Below the pieces are notes generated by a model. That model did no database searches. It was given only the letters and a program-made list of their open reading frames with translations, and had not been told where the DNA came from. From NCBI RefSeq assembly GCF_009914755.1, contig NC_060937.1: a stretch of 64,000 nucleotides of DNA. One strand, given 5' to 3'. This stretch comes from the human T2T-CHM13v2.0 reference genome, Homo sapiens. Of this stretch, positions 31,100 to 49,454 are shown in pieces. The stretch's first letter is position 1, and each line of letters begins with the position of its first letter. Made by a program: the position numbers and the translations under genes.

Positions 31100-32200
31100 T
31101 CGAGCAAATGACAAAAATGTGGGTTTCCTACCTTCAGGGAGTCTAAGAATGCAGTAGAAAGTGATATGGAGCAAACATCTTTCAAATGGAAGGAAGGGAT
31201 AGGGAAAGGAAGACTGTTAGAGGCTCTTTTGAATGTTAGAGTCAACATAAAATATATTTGGATGTGTATTCTAAATAAAATGCAAATGTCAAGAAGGATG
31301 TCAGCTGTGAGTGGGACTCAGAGAAAGAGAAACGTTTTGGACTACAGAGGCCTGCAGTACAAGTGGATCTACAATTTTGTTTAGGGAATCCAATGCCTCA
31401 GGTATCTATGAGAGGCAGAATTTTCCTATGGAGCCAGCGGCAAGGCTCCAGAGGAGAAATACAGTACAAGCCACTTTATTTTGGAGTAAAAGCCTTTTGT
31501 ACAAAAATTACCCGCCCCCTCTTTTTTTGAGAAAGAATTTCACAGTGGGATACTAATAAGAAGGAATGCTCAATCATGAATAAGTGTGACCCCATTGTGA
31601 TCTGAGCATTATAGGATCATACTAACTACAACCAGTCTTCCATCATTCCATGGAAATTGCATGTATGCCACGTTGCCTTCTCAGTTTCCAAGGGACCAAT
31701 TAATGAACAGGCTACTCACATTTTCAGCATCCTACTCCTGACACACTCCCACCCTTCTTTCTATTTATCTGTGATTCATAGAGATTTGCCTATGACTGGA
31801 TTCCTGAGGAGAAAAAGTCTGGATTACAGATGGCATTCCTTGTTATGGAAGACCCTTCCTTCTGAAAGCCTATTTCTATCATGTTCTTTCCCTGTGCTGT
31901 CAAAGGGTCACCCCTTTGTACAAAGAAGAGAAATCCATCAAGTAAATAAAATTTCATTTACCTTTGTAAAAAATATTTCTACCAATTCACTTGGAGGACC
32001 TTATGGTTTGGTCCAATAATCAGAGATTTGAAAGAACCTGATATTGTTGGCCAGCAGATTAGAAAAGAGTTATTAGAGAGAGATGGCTCAATTGATAATA
32101 ACTGTGTGCCTTGTGAATGCTCACCTAAACCAAAGATCACTGAAGATAATGTATTTTACCATGATGTTTTAATCTCAGGTAAATGCCAATCAGGAGACAA
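31100..32200 (+). mobile_element. Highly decayed ERVL-class internal region (pol: RT connection and RNase H)
   Basis: Broken peptides QSSIIPWKLHVCHVA..INEQATHI, YDWIPEEK/VWITDG and TGTGAATGCTCACC (VNAH) are colinear with HERV-L pol motifs SIIKWKWYI, YDQLTEEEK..WFTDG and HVNAH. Confidence 0.65.
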
Positions 32201-32329
32201 ACACTTGTTTATCTTCTGATTGGAATTGATCTGAATTAAGCTGTCTGCCATTTGGAGAAATTTAAATGCTATTTTAAACACACAGTCTTGTTACTTGAGT
32301 TATTTATGATCTTAAGCTGCTCCCCTCCT

Positions 32330-32799
32330 TTTGTGGGTTAGATTGTGTCTTCAAAAAGAAAATATATATATATTAGAGTTCTAGCCCCTGATGTCTGTGA
32401 GTATGACTTAATTTGAAATCAAATTATTTGCAGATGCTGTATAATTATGATATGCTAGATGAGCTCATAATGCATTAGAGTGGGCCATAATTCAATATGG
32501 TTGATATCCTCATAAGAAGGGAAGAGGAAACAGAGATGCCGGGAGGACATGGCCATGTGAGGATGGAGGTAGAGAATAAAGTGAGGTATCCTCCAGCCAA
32601 GCAGTGACAATGAAGCTCAGTGATCACCCGGTGCTAGAAGAAGCAAGAAAGGATTTTTTCCCAGGTCCTTCAGAGAAAAATGCTGCACTGCTAGCTCCTT
32701 CAAGATTTCTAGCTTCCTGAACCGTAAAAGAATAACTTTATCTCATTTTAAGCGACCTAATGTGAACCACTTTGTCACATCAGATGTAGGAAATTACAC
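32330..32799 (+). mobile_element. MaLR solo LTR (MLT1C-like)
   Basis: Typical blocks: TGAGTATGACTTAATTTG..TTTGCAGATG, CCTCATAAGAAG, GGCCATGTGAGGATGGAGG, GAAGCAAGAAAGGATT, TTTTAAGC..TTTGTCACA..AGGAAATTA. Confidence 0.8.
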
Positions 32800-32807
32800 G
32801 TCGTTAA

Positions 32808-32885
32808 AGAATGCAGAATCCTGGCCCGTGCTTGCCTCATACCTATTGAATGAGAATCTAAGGGCTCTAGAATCTGCATTTTGAA
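32808..32885. mobile_element. MER5-like hAT fragment
   Basis: AATGCAGAATCCTGG...TGAATGAGAATCT...GAATCTGCATTTT. Confidence 0.5.
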
Positions 32886-32914
32886 ACTAATACATAATAC
32901 ACAAAGAGAACTCG

Positions 32915-33080
32915 CTAAGTACTCTACATGCACTTCATCCTCACAAGCCATGAAGTAGTTTACTATTATAATTCTCATTTTACATATGGGAGACTGGAGC
33001 ATTAAAAGATTAAGTAATTTGCCTACAGTCACTCACATAACCAGAAAGTGGAAGAGCTGGGATTCAATCCCAGTTCCAGA
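32915..33080 (-). mobile_element. MIR SINE
   Basis: CATTTTACATATGGGAGACTG..GATTAAGTAATTTGCC..GTCAC..GAGCTGGGATTCAATCCCAG core. Confidence 0.75.
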
Positions 33081-33255
33081 CATCCTGATATCCTGGGTTC
33101 AGACACCACACACTTAGCAATTATTACACACTTAGCATTATTACTATTATTATTATTATTTTAATCACCATCTCCACCTTCTTAAGCACTCAAAAGTTGA
33201 AATCCAGTGGTGTGTTGCTGTTTCCATTCATAGCAAGTTATAGCCACAATCATAA

Positions 33256-33629
<374 letters not shown>

Positions 33630-33817
33630 TCTTTCACCCATTGAAATCTCATTTCAACAATTACCATCTTTTTTAAGTGGTATTTTTGAAGTTATAAATG
33701 AATTCCCTATAATACATAGTGAGAATATTTATGGGAGCTTCCTAATTGACCTTTCTAAACATTCTGCGTTGCTTCTCATTTCCTTCTTTAAATTTCCTTC
33801 TACCTTGACTTCCTTAA

Positions 33818-34201
<384 letters not shown>

Positions 34202-34569
34202 TAATAACCCCTTGCTGCCTAGTTTTTTCATTTCCACTGTGTAACTACTAGTCTTAATGGGTATTTCTTTTCTTACTATTCTGCACCAATGTTTCCCTGA
34301 TTGACAATAGTTTTCCTGAAATGTATTCTTGGAATGGAATTCTATGATACGCTTAGAAAATTCTGCATACCTTATACTTCAGAATGTGTATGTAAAAGAC
34401 TCCAGTAAATGATCCAGGGAAGCAAAAATATTTGTGTGTTTTGCGAGTTGTATTCATATGTGTATAAAATTCCCACAGCATTTTGGGTAACAATGCTCTG
34501 CACCCTTTTCCTGTGCTCCTTTTATCCATTCCCACATTTCCAGCATTTCCTTTGACGTTTGATTTTCTT

Positions 34570-35560
34570 TATTTTTTTTACTCCAATATTTTCCTGTAGG
34601 TTTCAAACATATATTCTAAAATGTCAACTGATTCTCCCCCTCTGTTTTCACCACCTGCATCTCAAATTTGACATAGCCATAAACACATTTTATATTTTGG
34701 CAAATAAATCTATTTCTTTTAAAGCATTGCCCATCTCAGCTAATGATGATAATATCAAGCCAGTCGCCAAGAAAATTTAGAGTATATATACCTTGACTCT
34801 TCCTTCTAAATGAATTATTAAGTTCAGCTCTTTCTGCCTTGAATTACCTTTCTATTCCGCCATTTCTCTTCTGTGTTGCTGCTAATGTTTTAATTTAGTC
34901 ATTCATCACATCATGCCTGTACTGCTGGAATAATCTTGACTATTCTTTCTGACTTTTTCTTCTAACTGCATCTCAAAAACTTCTATCCAGAATGAAAATA
35001 AGTATATATATATACTATATATACATATACTATACATATACTATATACATACACTATACATATACTATACATATACTATACTATATACATATACATATAC
35101 TATATATACATACTATATATACATACACACTATATGTATGTATATAGAAGTATAGACATGCTATATACTATATATATATGCTATATATTTATATACACAC
35201 ACACCCACTATGCTTTTAAAAATTGTTTACTTATGTCCCATTATTGAAGGGTAAAATACAAAATCACTGATATTGAGAGACATTCTTCTCAATCATTTAA
35301 CATTTTCCTTCACAAACCTGTGCTGTAGCCACACCCAGAACAGGTTATGTTCCTTCAAAGACACACACACTTTTCTATTACTCTCCTTTTACTCCTTCTA
35401 TTTCATCTGCTTAGACCATTTTTTACTTGTTTTCTGTCTATCTTCATTCATTTTTCAGGATCCAATTAAAATATTGATACAAAGGCTGAGATCTTTATAT
35501 CTTCTCTTATTTAAATTTCTGGAGCACCAGATACCTTCCTCTATTATAATTCTTACTGTA
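34570..35560 (+). mobile_element. Decayed L2 3' region interrupted by a TA-rich microsatellite
   Basis: GCATCTCAAATTTGACAT, CCCATCTCAG..AATG, CCTTGACTCTTCC and GTAGCCACAC blocks in L2 order. Confidence 0.55.
35002..35205. repeat. Complex (TA)/(TATAC)-type simple repeat
   Basis: Directly visible, with recurrent ATACTATACAT units. Confidence 0.9.
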
Positions 35561-36834
35561 TACAACCATAACTCTCATTTGAAAACAATGAATACATAAT
35601 TATAAAATCAGATATATCATAAAATGATTGGTATCAATATGTGAAAAAAAATCTTCAATGTTGAAAGTACAAGATTACAAGCCATCTGAAAGTAACTAAA
35701 CATCAATCAGAGAAAAATGCTCATCATTTTTTGATGAAACCAAAAGTAAGAGAATTTGGATTTAATCTACTACATCATTGGTAAATTACATTTTAATTAT
35801 TGTGAGAAAGAAATAATTGATGGAATTTAAAGAAAATCGGTTTTCCTTTATTTTTATTATTCTACCTAAAAGTATTATATATAATTAAAATAATGATTTT
35901 AAAATTATCCCATCAAGCATGTCATCACACTAAAATCCATTGTATTTAATTTCTCAACTGAGAAATTGTATTCAATTGTATTCAATTTCTCTACTGAAAA
36001 ATTAATATGAAAGCAATCACATAGCATTCAGAAATTAATAAATATTTAAAGAAATTAAACAGCATTAGATTTTCTTGTTGTAAAATTTTTTTCTTCTCTC
36101 AGTATGGCTTATGTCTCATTGCTTCTATTGAACATAGCACAATTCAAGTATTAATACAGCACCTTTATAAAAGTTGTGAATCTTAGAAATGAAGAAGCTT
36201 ACCTCCCTAGTTATTTATTGAAAGTTACAAGTCACTTTTTTTAACTTCCTAATAATCTTAGAGGGGTATATTTTGTGTTTTTGTTTGCTATATCTTTTAT
36301 AAAGAAGATCCCTAATGATTTGAAAGTTAGAACCAATTTTCTGAAGGATTGAGCCACGCTCCTTGAACTTGTGTGTTTGTGGGTGGCACACTATGTCTTT
36401 TGCAGACCCAGTACCTACCCCTTGGTCTAGAACATATTTTCCTCCACCTGCCTTTTAAGTTTTTATTTCAGCAGGGGTGGGTGGTTTGTGGTTGACCGAA
36501 AATAGAACGGGCTACAAAAGCCCTTCCTGTTTGATATTGAATCTGCTATTTGAGTCACCCTTACATTATGAACTGACTGTTAATTAACACATTTGGTAAG
36601 AGAATATCCTGATCTGCTTTGCATGTGAGGCTCTCCCAGTAATAAAGAAAGAAGCATAATCAAACAAGATTTTAATTTCTCTATGCCCTGTTAGAAATTC
36701 AGATACAATTCAAGTCATCTTGGAAATTTTAAGTTGCATTCCGATGTCGTCTCTTTTCTGGCCATTGTGCAATGGGCCTTCAAATGTTGTAGTAGAGGCC
36801 AACTGATATTCCACTGTTATTCATTTATACACAG

Positions 36835-36910
36835 GTATATATATGGTGTGTGTACGCAAATATATATATAAATATTCATATATGTGTATATGTGTACATA
36901 CATACATATG
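36835..36910. repeat. TA/TG-rich simple repeat
   Basis: Directly visible. Confidence 0.7.
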
Positions 36911-37258
36911 GAGGTAATACAAGTTTGCATTGTTTTTAAATTTTTTTTACCCAAATCAACAATGACTCTATTGCATATCTTTATTGGTTATATCACATTT
37001 ATATAAATAAATTTATATCAGTGAGAATTTTCAAGTAAGTGAAATTTGAATTGGATTCAGGGTTTTATTTTTTTTGAAATTTCCGATTAAAATTACTTGA
37101 TTTTTTAAAATTTTATCTTAAAATATTCAAGTCCCATTCGTAAAAAAAAAAAAGAGGATAAAAACGAAGTGTGTCTTTATGAGTCACAAATTTTTATTTT
37201 ACTTCAATAATTGTTAAAATAATATTTTTTCCATGAGGCATTTTATAATGCCCTCTTT

Positions 37259-39778
<2,520 letters not shown>

Positions 39779-39883
39779 TTAAAGGCTCAAAATCTCAAAT
39801 GCAGAAAGAATGACTTTTAAATATCCTACATATTTAAACCATTTATTTTATACAACAATCCCATAGATGCAAAACTACTACTA

Positions 39884-40526
<643 letters not shown>

Positions 40527-40679
40527 TGCTAGCTATTATTTCTAATCCTTTGCCATGCTCAGGTATAATCTTCCCAAATCCAGAAGTAATTTTATAACTT
40601 CAGCTAATTGCAGTGATAAATTATTGAAATATTTTCCTAAAGAAAATACACAAATGAAACCTTAAAAATACAAGGACTG

Positions 40680-40971
40680 GGCCGGCTTGGTGGCTCGCGC
40701 CTGTAATTCCAGTACTTTGGGAGGCCGAGCTGGATGGATCACCTGAGGTCAGGATTTCGAGACAAGCCTAGCCAACATGGCGAAACGTCGTCTCTACTAA
40801 AAATACAAAAATTAGCTGTGCATGGTGGTGGACGCCTGTAATCCCAGCTACTCCAGAGGCTGAGCCAGGAAAATCGCTTGAACCTGGAGGCGGAGGTTGA
40901 AGTGAGGCTAGTTCTCACTGCTGGACTGCAGCCTGGGGCAACAGAGCAAAAACTGTCTAAAAAAAAAAAAA
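40680..40971 (+). mobile_element. AluSx-like
   Basis: Full dimer. Confidence 0.95.
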
Positions 40972-41268
40972 GTCTGGGCGCGGTGGCTCATGCCTGTGAT
41001 CCCAGCACTTTGGGAGGCCAAGGCGGGCAGATCACGAGGTCAGGAGATGGAGACCATCCTGGCTAACACAGTGAAACCCCGTCTCTACTGAAGATGCAAA
41101 AAATTAGCAGGGCATGGTGGCGGATGCCTGTAGTCCCAGCTACTCAGGAAGCTGAGGCAGGAGAATGGTGTGAACCCAGGAGGCAGAGCTTGCAGTGAGC
41201 CGAGATCGCGCCACTTCACTCCAGCCTGGGCGACAGAGGGAGACTCTGTCTCAAAAAAGAAAGAAGGA

Positions 41269-41324
<56 letters not shown>

Positions 41325-41340
41325 AAAGAAAAGAAAGAAA
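40972..41340 (+). mobile_element. AluY-like with (GAAA)n tail
   Basis: GGCTAACA, GAGAATGG and GAGCTTGCAG diagnostics; tail expanded to a GAAA STR at ~41258-41340. Confidence 0.95.
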
Positions 41341-41349
41341 GATGGATGA

Positions 41350-42780
41350 AGGTATAGTAAATTATGAAAAAGAGAGAATAAGCATCTTCAACAAGAAAAA
41401 TGAAAATAATAAAAACTATACAATTGCAAAACAATAACTCTTGTTAAAATATTTTACATGTCATATTGTAAATAAGACACCCTCCGTGTATGCAGAAATG
41501 ATTACATTAGTATAGGAAACAGCTGTGATTGTAGATATATAAACTAGAGAAATGTGAATCAGAAATAAGTTTATCAACTAGAAGAGAGAAGAAATTTTTA
41601 TTTGAGTAAATCTACTGTCTACAATTTAAAAATACACAATGGTATTTCTTTCATTAAATAGCTTTATTTAAATATAAAAATAAAAGCTTATACATAGGCC
41701 AGAAGAAATATTGCTAGTTTATAATAAGGTTAATAGGAACTAAAACAGGGTAATTAGATAAGACGGTGTGTAAATAATTATGTTATTTTAGTAAAAATAT
41801 TCAACACTGTACCTTTCAAATAAAAATATACTGTTTTAAAGGTCAACAAAAAGTTATTGTGCTTCAAATTTTAACATTTATCCTCCAAGTGAAATTACTA
41901 TAAGAAGAAACAACTAACCTATAAATAAATAATTTACTTTTTGGAAAAGTTAACAAACCTCTCTACACACAATATAATTAAGAAAGATAATAAGAAACAT
42001 ATATAATTTCAAGATTTTCAATTTTTTTTACTAAGCCAGAGAAGATAAATGAGTTAATCATTCATGTCAGTAAGTAAATACAGGATCAAAAAACATACCT
42101 AATGGAAGGAAATTAATAACAGAAAAGTAAAAATTATAATCTAGAAAATGAAAGATATAAATCGATTCATAAATGGATAAGACTTTTAAGACTTTTTTTG
42201 AAGAAATCATTTCAAACTAGAATAAGCAAGAGGAATAGATCAAAACAAAAAGGAAAACAGTGAAGGTGATATACACATCCTCTTACTGAAAATTAATTTT
42301 AAAGAACTTTAAATTAATTTTAAAGAATTAATTTTAAACACTAAAACTCAGAGTCATCAATGTGTCTGGATATGGATTCATTTTTATTTCTTCTGCTCAG
42401 CACTTGTTTTATACTTTAAATTAGAGTCCTCAAGTCTTTCCTCTGCAATGGAAATTTTATGGCATCATGTAAAGTATACAAATAGTGAAGGCATTGCCAG
42501 TGTTTTCTTGTGTATAAGTATTCTCTACCATTAGAATGGAAACGTCATCAAAGTGGGCCCTTAGTGAGAGTTTGCTGAGTGGATGAATACTGTCCTTAAA
42601 TATGGCTTCTCCATTCTCTTTGGACTCCTTTTGAAACTCCTATCATACATGTGTTGGGGACTTTCTTGACTGGTCTTTCTGACTTCTAAATCCTTTTATC
42701 TGGATAAATTCATCATTATCTCCCAATTGACTAATTCTTTGTGTTTATTGCATTTACACTTCTTTTTTATATAATTTTCA
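41350..42780. mobile_element. Probable ancient L1M/HAL1 fragments
   Basis: A-rich strand-biased tract followed by a T-rich tract, with only faint L1-like words. Confidence 0.3.
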
Positions 42781-42790
42781 TTTCTAGAGC

Positions 42791-43112
42791 TTTTATTTTT
42801 TTTTCCTTTTTTGAGATGGAGTCGTGCTCTGTCACCCAGGCTGAAGTGCAGTGGCATGATCTCAGTTCACTGCAACCTCCTACTCCTGGGTTGAAGTGAC
42901 TCTCCTCCTGCCTCAGCCTCCTCTCCTGCTTCAACCTCCTGAGTGGCTGGAATTACAGGCATGCGCCAACACACTCGGCTAATTTTTGAATTTTTAGTAG
43001 AGACGGGGTTTCATTATGTTGGTCAGCCTGGTCTAGAACTCCTGATATCATGATCCACCCGCCTCAGCCTACCAAAGTGCTGGGATTACAGGTGTGAGCC
43101 TCCATGCCTGGC
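42791..43112 (-). mobile_element. AluS with internal ~20-bp tandem duplication
   Basis: Full dimer; CTCCTGCCTCAGCCTCCT repeated at 42903-42940. Confidence 0.93.
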
Positions 43113-43136
43113 TGCTTTTAATTTTTTATATCAATC

Positions 43137-43754
<618 letters not shown>

Positions 43755-43782
43755 GTCTGTTTTTATTTTTAAGTCTTCTATT

Positions 43783-44097
43783 CTTTTTGATGAATTTTAT
43801 TCTTTTTTTTTTTTTTTGGCAGAGGCTCACTCTGTTGCCCAGGTTGGAATACAGTGATGCCATCTTGGCTCACTACAAAGTCCGCCTCCTGGGGTCAAGC
43901 AATTCTTCTGCCTCAGCTTCTTGAGTAGGTGGGATTACACGCACCCACCACCGTGCCCTGCTAATTTTTGAATTTTTAGTCGAGATGGGGTTTCACGGTG
44001 TTTGCCAGGCTGGTCTTGAACTCCCGACCTCAGATGATTTACCCATCTCAGCCTCCCAAGGTGCTGGGATTACAAGCGTGAGCCACCATGCCTGGCC
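43783..44097 (-). mobile_element. AluS
   Basis: Full dimer. Confidence 0.93.
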
Positions 44098-44859
44098 CTG
44101 GATGTTTTCTTCTTAAAAAGCCAGTTGAGATTTCTAAGTGTACTCACTTAAAAGGAAAATTTAGTTTGCTATAATATTTCTGATATTTGCTGTGGTGAAT
44201 TCATCTCTAGGAGGTTTCTTTGTATAATTATTTCATTATCTCTCTAATAGTTAATTCTCCACATGTTTTGTAATATTTTTGCACACTCACCTTGAATGAA
44301 AAGTTCTCTACATGTCATAGTCATATAACAAACAGAATTCACCCTCCTTCACCACAAATCACACTTCTGTATATTCAATAAAATGTGCATTTCTTCATGG
44401 ATACTCTTTGAATCATCTAAATGGAGACTCTTTATAGAAATATTGAATCATTAATTCTTCCAACTATTGTACTCCTTTCCAACATACTGTCTTACTGATT
44501 TTTCACTTTTTCCTATTTATATCCATTTTGTTCTACTAATCCGTCTGTCATTGGCCTTCTTCTATAGCCAACCTCAAATTTCAGTTCACACTAGCTGTGA
44601 ACAGCACTCAAATTGCTGCTGTATTCTTAAAATATAAATTTACTTCATAAAGCAAAAGTGAATTATATGCATGTTACAAAAAATATTCCTAGCAGAGATA
44701 AGATGGGGTGGTATTTGCTGGGATGTGCAACATCGTTTTTTCCAAATTAATTTCTCTCAGAATTCTCTCCTCCCTACTGCCAGGCAGAGCTCACCACTCA
44801 CATGTCATGAATGACATTTTTAGTCATTTTTCATCTTATCTGATCATATGACTTGAATT

Positions 44860-45310
44860 AATGTTTAGATCTGCTAAGGGCAAACACCACCATGGAATTA
44901 AATTTGCAAGAGGGAAGAAGGAGGAAGCAGGAGAAGGTGGATAGAGTCTTCAGACTAGGGTGCAGATCTTACATCTGTAGAGGGAAAGAGGGAAGGAAGG
45001 CTGATTGGGGTAGAAAGAGACTGCAGCATGGTTCCAAGAATGCTTTGGCCTAGGTCACTGCGGACTCCTTAAATTAAAGTTACTCATTGGAGACTGTCAC
45101 AACTCACTGGAAACGTCCTCACATACAATCCCCATGTAGCTCTATGACTGTTGGAAACATGACTGCTGCACAAGTGTAGAAGTGCTTCCAGAGACAGAGG
45201 GCTAAAGCCAGGCTGTCGTTGACTTATGCTGTCTGATTCAGGATATCTGCATTGCAAATTTCCTTGGTCATTAAAATCCATTACCCCCACCTCCTAACCC
45301 CACCACAGCA
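44860..45310 (-). mobile_element. ERVL LTR (LTR16-like), probable 3' LTR of the adjacent internal region
   Basis: GGAAGCAGGA..GAGTCTTCAGACT..GTGCAGATCTTACATCTGT..AGAGGGAAGGAAGG pattern; lies downstream of the minus-strand integrase. Confidence 0.55.
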
Positions 45311-47420
45311 CACACATATTTGTCCAAACAGGTTCTTCATACCAGCTCTTCCAAAATTCCCATGATCCTCTCTTTTCCAAGGGGAATCTTAGAAAAGGAA
45401 GGTTAATGAGACCAACTCTAGCCCATGCTATAGCAGTTGGTCTCAGAACTGCCTTTGAATGCCCAGTTGTGTGAGGGGGAGAGAAAGAGAGAGAGAGTAT
45501 GGGAGTGGGGAGTGTGTGTGTGTGTGAGTGTGTGTGAGTGTGTGTCTGAGAGAGAGAAAGAGAGAAATTATCTCTGCTTCTTTTGTAGAAAAGTAGCCCT
45601 ACCTCCTCCTGCTAATCAGGGTGTATTCATCCTGCCCCAGTGGTGACGTATTTCTTGTCTTTTGGTTACTGGACCTAAGGAATCTAAAGCACCCAACAGA
45701 TAACATTCTTTAGAGAGCAGGACTTGCTTGCCTTCCAGATCCCAGAGCTGCAGTGATGAGAAGCACAGGAAAACCTGAGAAGATTATTGGGAGCATTTGT
45801 AATTAGGGACATTCCTGTTTCTACCTCTGGTTTTCTGAACCTGTAGATTCTTCCTATGGAAGAAGAACTACTATATAAAGATCTGTGATAGAATATATAT
45901 AAAAGATGGTGCCCCCTGCATTCAGAATGTCTCCTTTAGCATAGTGTCTCAGTTGCATCTTTAGAATGTTTCTCCAGGGCTCCATGAGTCTAGCTGCTTC
46001 TTGAAGAGTGTATGTAATACAAATAGTAGATTACATGGTCATGGACCCACTTCTGCCCATCCTTTGCTGTGAACAAGGAACCCTGGTCAGATGCTATACC
46101 ATGTGGGATTTTATGCCTGTGGATCAGGAATTCTGGAAGCCTCAGAAAAGTGGTCCTGGCTCAGGCTCTGTGAACAGAAGTGCCAAACCCAGCCCTGGAA
46201 TAAGGATATATCCCTCTGAGGATGAAAAGGTGGTCATTCAAGGTCAAAAGACTTGCCATATAAGAGTCTCATTATTGATTTATGCTGTTGAAAAGTAGGA
46301 CAGTCAGAGGCAGCAGTAGTTAGATAAACCTTGATACATAGAAGTCCAGGCTGTGGGGCCCATATGTATCGTCCATCTCTGCCAACATGGTCATATGAGT
46401 GACTGCATATGTATGACTGTTGTGCTTGTTGTGGGAAAGCCAATCTCCAAGGCTGGCAGCTTGTCAAGTCATTTTGTCTGATTGGTTATTGAGTGCCTCT
46501 TCTGTGGTGAGTGCTTTCTTGTGAGTGTTAACATGCAATACAAGATTCTTTACACTCCGTGCCTGCTCCTGCATGTCCACTCATATGCTTCTAACCCAGC
46601 TTCCTTGTCTCAGATATTTCAGTTCTTTTCTATCTAAGCCTCTGATCAGATGATTCACCCACTGACTACGGCAAAGAAATCTGTTTATATTCCTGCCTTA
46701 GGCCATGTTTCTTCTATGTAAAGTAGATGGCCAGGGCCACTGCTCCCAGTGCTGCTAATAGGGAATATTTTAATTTCCTTCTGTCCTTCAGAGTCATTCT
46801 TGCATTGGGCTGCAATGCAACTACACCTTTAAACAGAGATTGCCCCTTTCTCCCTCCTTCAGATGGCCACAGGGACACAAATGCAGTCACAGGTGTGAGC
46901 TGAAGGAAGGTTGCTGGTGCAAACATGGTGGGTGACATGAGGATCTGGGTTACCTGCTATTCAACTTATCCACTTGCTCTCATCTTGCTTGGCCTTTGTC
47001 TCATATTTACTATTTCCACCTCATGATGAACTACTTCTTTTCCCTTCTGGTGTCATGACTTGGTGGTTCCAATAGAACTCAGCCTGCAAGAGGTAGTGCC
47101 AGAAGCATGGTAACTTATCAAGCACAGCATCTCTCCTAGGTCCAACATATAATTCTCTGCTATGGAAGGCATGGCTTTGTTTCAGAATCCCAGGAACTGG
47201 TGTTGTAATTCTTTCACTGAGAATTGCCATGTGTGCCACACTGTGACCACCATTGACACCTGCAAGAATACAGGTCCTGCAAGATCATATGACCCAAGCT
47301 GCAGGGCTGTTCACAATGGAGCCTGGACATGCTGTGGAGCCCTGTCCTGCCCTGCACTCTTCAAACCCTGTGGTCTTCCTATCTCCCTGACTTGTCTTGT
47401 GGCTTACTTGTGTTATGTTG
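45311..47420 (-). mobile_element. Decayed ERVL-class internal region (pol RNase H and integrase)
   Basis: Minus-strand peptides LHVNTHKKALTTEEALNNQSDKMT, HSYDHVGRDGRYIWAPQPGLLCIKVYLTTAASDCPTFQQ (HHCC zinc-finger region) and PHGIASDQGSLFTAKDGQKWVHDH (integrase core), colinear with HERV-L pol. Confidence 0.85.
45475..45565. repeat. Compound (GA)n/(GT)n microsatellite
   Basis: Directly visible. Confidence 0.9.
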
Positions 47421-47575
47421 CTTAGGGTTTCTTGAGTTTCATGAGTTTGTATTTTTATAACTGTATAGATATAGATGGATATATATAGATATGGTCAAAG
47501 AGGAAGAGTAAGAGAGAAGAAAAAGAATTTTACAAAAGACTTTACTGGACATGTAGAAAAAAATATCAAACTCCA

Positions 47576-47860
<285 letters not shown>

Positions 47861-47870
47861 TCAAACTCCA

Positions 47871-48635
47871 TAGTGAGAAGTCAAACAACACAATAACAAA
47901 ATGGGCAAGAGATTTGAGTAGACGACAATAACCAAAGATATATTAATGATTGATAAACACTGAAAAATGCATCATTAACCACCTGGGAATGGAATTTAAA
48001 AATCAAAATGCAATAATACTGCACAGAAACTATAATGGATCCAAAAAAATGTCAATTCTGAATGTTTGAGAGGACATGCAACACCCTGAATTATCATATT
48101 TAGGTGGGAGTATAAAGTGGATAATCAGTTTGGATTGCAGTTTGGCAGTTAAACATACACTTACAATTTGACCTAGAATATTCCATTCTTACTTACTGAA
48201 GAGAAATGAAAACATGTGCATACAAATGAACATAGCAGCTTTACTTGTAATAATCAAGGAATAGAAACATTTGTAAATGGTTCACCAACAGGCTAAAGGA
48301 TAAACATATTGTAGTATTTCCATACAATAGAATAAAATAGAAAGAACCACTGATTTTGCAACATAGGTGATCCTAAAATATATTGAGAGAATGAACCAAC
48401 AGTAGGCATATTATAAAAGTTTATTACTACAAAATTCTAGAAACTGAATTTATAGTGGTAGGTTGCAGATCAATGGCTGCTTGGAGCCAGAGGTTTTCGT
48501 AAGGAATACAAAAGAACTTTTGAGGTGATAGACAGCTTCAATATCTTCATCGGTGGTAGCCACATAACTTTATATGTTTGTACTTAATTTGGATGCATTT
48601 TATTGTATTGAAAGTAAACCTCAGTTAAGTTGACT
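47871..48635 (+). mobile_element. Ancient L1M (L1MD/L1ME-like) 3' end
   Basis: AAATGGGCAAGAGATTTGA, GGTGGGAGTATAAAGTGG, CAGTTTGGCAGTT, GAGAAATGAAAACATG and ATAGCAGCTTTA blocks in order. Confidence 0.75.
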
Positions 48636-49454
48636 TTTATAATTTATTAGATTCTAAAACATTAATTTGCTTCCATCCATTATATTTGTTCACAAATCCT
48701 ACAATAGTATGTTTTGGAAGACCTGTAATAGACACAGTAACTGGCATATTCATAAAGGAAATTTCCTTATGTAGGATAGTTTTTAGGGGAAATGCCTGAA
48801 ACAAAAAAATCTGCATCTGCTTATCATAATTCGCTGCATAAAAGATCTAAATGTGTAACTGGCAATCAGCTTTAGCTTTGATTATCTTTCATAGCAGCAT
48901 GGATCAATTTTGTTTACCCAGTTGGCTATTTCTCCATGCTAAACTCATATTGCATACATGCCTCTGAAATTCCAGTCATGTATAGTCTATAATGTATACC
49001 TATATTACACAATTTGTATACTTTTCCACTTTAAAGGGGGGATTTATACCTGCAAAGGGACTTGACCTACAACTATCATCCAATTCTGTTCCAAATTTTG
49101 GATACTATGACTCTATCCTGGAAATGATTCAGTAGTTTTGTTTCATTTGACTCTTCCTACAGACATAATGTGTTGAAGTAAACCTGTTTTTTATGTTTGG
49201 AAAGTAGCCTTTGGATGGGTGTTTTCTAGCTTTTGGAAAACATGTACTTGAAGCAGAAGTAACTAGTTGTTGAGGGAATAGAACCACAGCATTTCTGACC
49301 TAGGCAAATTGAAACCTTGTCATCCTTGATGACAAACATGACATGACACATGATTGCCTTTTTCAGGGAGTTCTTATGTAAAATATTTTATCCCCAACTA
49401 GTTGGTATCATTCAAATCAAATTTTATAATTTTACTCTATATTAGGATGCAGTT

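Noticed and set aside
42289-42340. AT-rich quasi-palindrome AAAATTAATTTT repeated
   Set aside because: Short local slippage duplication in very AT-rich DNA; expected by chance.
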